From a virus (lineage: Duplodnaviria; Caudoviricetes): a stretch of DNA of 25,915 nucleotides. The translations under genes and the position numbers were made by a program. Positions 24,675 to 25,915 of this stretch are shown piece by piece. Below the pieces are notes generated by a model. That model saw only the letters and a list, made by a program, of their open reading frames with translations, was not told the origin of the DNA and ran no database searches. The stretch is from positions 1-25,915 of the IMG/VR virus record IMGVR_UViG_3300045599_000011; one strand, 5' to 3'. Each line of letters opens with the position of its first letter. The first letter of the stretch is position 1.

Positions 24675-24704
24675 AGTTTATCATGCTGTAATCTAGATAA
24701 GCAA
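24675..24704 (-). promoter_or_regulatory. Candidate late promoter
   Basis: TTGCTT-18 nt-TAAACT with extended TGn, directly downstream of the 9-bp repeat array. Confidence 0.6.
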
Positions 24705-24705
24705 A

Positions 24706-24750
24706 AAGTGTCGGAGGTGTCGGAAGTGTCGATAGTGTCGGAAGTGTCGG
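24706..24750. repeat. 5 x 9-bp tandem repeat (AAGTGTCGG), probable regulator-binding array
   Basis: aagtgtcgg aggtgtcgg aagtgtcga tagtgtcgg aagtgtcgg. Confidence 0.88.
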
Positions 24751-24794
24751 TTTTTAACATGGAGTCTCAACACCAGTTGCGAGAAAAGTTTTTT

Positions 24795-24803
24795 TGCTAC
24801 AAT
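24795..24803 (+). promoter_or_regulatory. Extended -10 promoter (TGCTACAAT) for + strand cassette
   Basis: TGnTACAAT just upstream of left inverted repeat arm. TTGCGA lies only 15 nt upstream. Confidence 0.5.
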
Positions 24804-24807
24804 AAAT

Positions 24808-25057
24808 TTATGAGTAAAAACACCAGCAGAGTGCAATCGTTATGAAGATTAAATTAAGAAAGGATGAGCGATATGAAGGAAAAACAAAATAGCTTACAAA
24901 GAATGCTTCATGAACATTATTTAAGGAAAGAGTTAATTGAATTACGGCGTAGCGGAAAATTATTAACAGTAAAGGAGGATGGGGTATATATGAGACAAAT
25001 AATCGAGCAACTTAAACGCCCGTACTGATTGTGCCTTGCTGGTGCTTTTACTCATAA
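24808..25057. repeat. 31-bp imperfect inverted repeats (24808-24838 / 25027-25057)
   Basis: TTATGAGTAAAAACACCAGCAGAGTGCAATC versus reverse complement TTATGAGTAAAAGCACCAGCAAGGCACAATC, 26/31 identical. Confidence 0.9.
24873..25028 (+). CDS. Small protein (51 aa) enclosed by inverted repeats
   Basis: Below ORF-track cut-off. AGAAAGGATGA RBS; MKEKQNSLQRMLHEHYLRKELIELRRSGKLLTVKEDGVYMRQIIEQLKRPY*. Confidence 0.65.
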   Translation: MKEKQNSLQRMLHEHYLRKELIELRRSGKLLTVKEDGVYMRQIIEQLKRPY

Positions 25058-25074
25058 TCAAAAAGGCATTCTCA

Positions 25075-25758
25075 CTAAGAGAGTGCCTTTTCTTTCCCTT
25101 TCTTTTTCTCATCATAGATAACCCAAGCCAGATTTTTCACAACTTCAAGCTTTAATTCCTGTGCTCTTGTACGTGATACCCCGACCTCTTTTGCGATATC
25201 TTTCATCTTCTGGCCATCCATAATGCCCTCAAGGACAATCTGTTCTTTTTCAGATAGGTTGTTCTTTTCTGCAAACGCATCAACCCGCTTCACCTTGTTT
25301 TCAAAACGTCTTAATCGTCCATTTAGCCGCTCCCATGCTTTCAGGTTATTACGGGCTGCTCTAAACACAGGATCACTATTTCCACCCTTTGCTTTTGGTA
25401 ATGTTGCTTCAATACCGTACTGGGCCGTTCCAGCTGCCAAACCATCAGTTGTATTTATTCCGGATTGAATTGCTTCCCGTAAATGTTCGATTTGCTGCGT
25501 CATCCAGTAATACCCGTCTAATTCATCTTGGGCAACATGGAGCAGTTCGAGTGCCGGTTCCAAGCTGGTAAAGGCTATTTGTCCATCATCATCTATCCAC
25601 TGTTCTGTTTCTTCATCTTCCCATTGTTGGCATGAAGTAATTTGTCCGATGTGCATATCATGGATTCGACACTTTGCACTTTTCCCCCAGTGGGTACCTG
25701 GGCACTTACTGCATACAGATTCAATATAATGATGATTTGGGTTGATTGTGGTTTGCAT
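25075..25758 (-). CDS. Late transcription regulator (ArpU/RinA-like position, sigma-70 region 4-type HTH) with N-terminal Cys-rich domain
   Basis: TAQYGIEATLPKAKG..SDPV and LSEKEQIVLEGIMDGQKMKDIAKEVGVSRTRAQEL HTH. Lies upstream of packaging operon. Confidence 0.75.
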   Translation of the reverse strand: MQTTINPNHHYIESVCSKCPGTHWGKSAKCRIHDMHIGQITSCQQWEDEETEQWIDDDGQIAFTSLEPALELLHVAQDELDGYYWMTQQIEHLREAIQSGINTTDGLAAGTAQYGIEATLPKAKGGNSDPVFRAARNNLKAWERLNGRLRRFENKVKRVDAFAEKNNLSEKEQIVLEGIMDGQKMKDIAKEVGVSRTRAQELKLEVVKNLAWVIYDEKKKGKEKALS

Positions 25759-25808
25759 AAAACCGCCTCCTGAGTATTTTTTGTTATACTAGCGCTGATC
25801 TATCCCCG

Positions 25809-25915
25809 TTATCGCCTTGTTTGCTTCATCACTCCGCCTACACGCTTCCAAGTCGGATGATGCATCATCTGCTCTGTCTTTCTGAATTCCCTTTCGTCCC
25901 TTTCATCTTTCCGTG
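25809..25915 (-). CDS. 3' end of small phage protein (partial)
   Basis: Open frame ...RKDERDEREFRKTEQMMHHPTWKRVGGVMKQTRR*. Confidence 0.5.
   Translation of the reverse strand, partial: RKDERDEREFRKTEQMMHHPTWKRVGGVMKQTRR

Noticed and set aside
24706-24750. CRISPR array or replication iterons
   Set aside because: 9-bp units without spacers; no cas or initiator gene adjacent; position fits an operator.

Overview
A contiguous part of a contractile-tailed (myovirus-type) phage or prophage of a Bacillota host. The Bacillales/Paenibacillaceae-like assignment is inferred from the Xkd-type tail genes, GGAGG RBSs and a copper-amine-oxidase N-terminal-type moron. Nearly all genes are on the minus strand. 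From right to left: a late transcription regulator; a 5x9-bp operator array with late promoter and structured leader; small accessory genes (stand-alone FtsK-gamma-like protein, Acb4-like and DUF2829/Tad2-like anti-defence candidates); small and large terminase; portal-MuF fusion; a protease-scaffold-major capsid polyprotein; head completion genes; sheath; tube; a -1 frameshifting tail chaperone; a two-gene moron; tape measure; and baseplate genes. The most unusual signals are several unannotated structured non-coding elements in the late leader, a 51-aa gene enclosed by 31-bp inverted repeats, L27-like Prp cleavage leaders on the tail tube and capsid polyprotein, and recurrent [LIV]xD[SA] candidate maturation sites. 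All family calls come from motif recognition and synteny; no searches were run.
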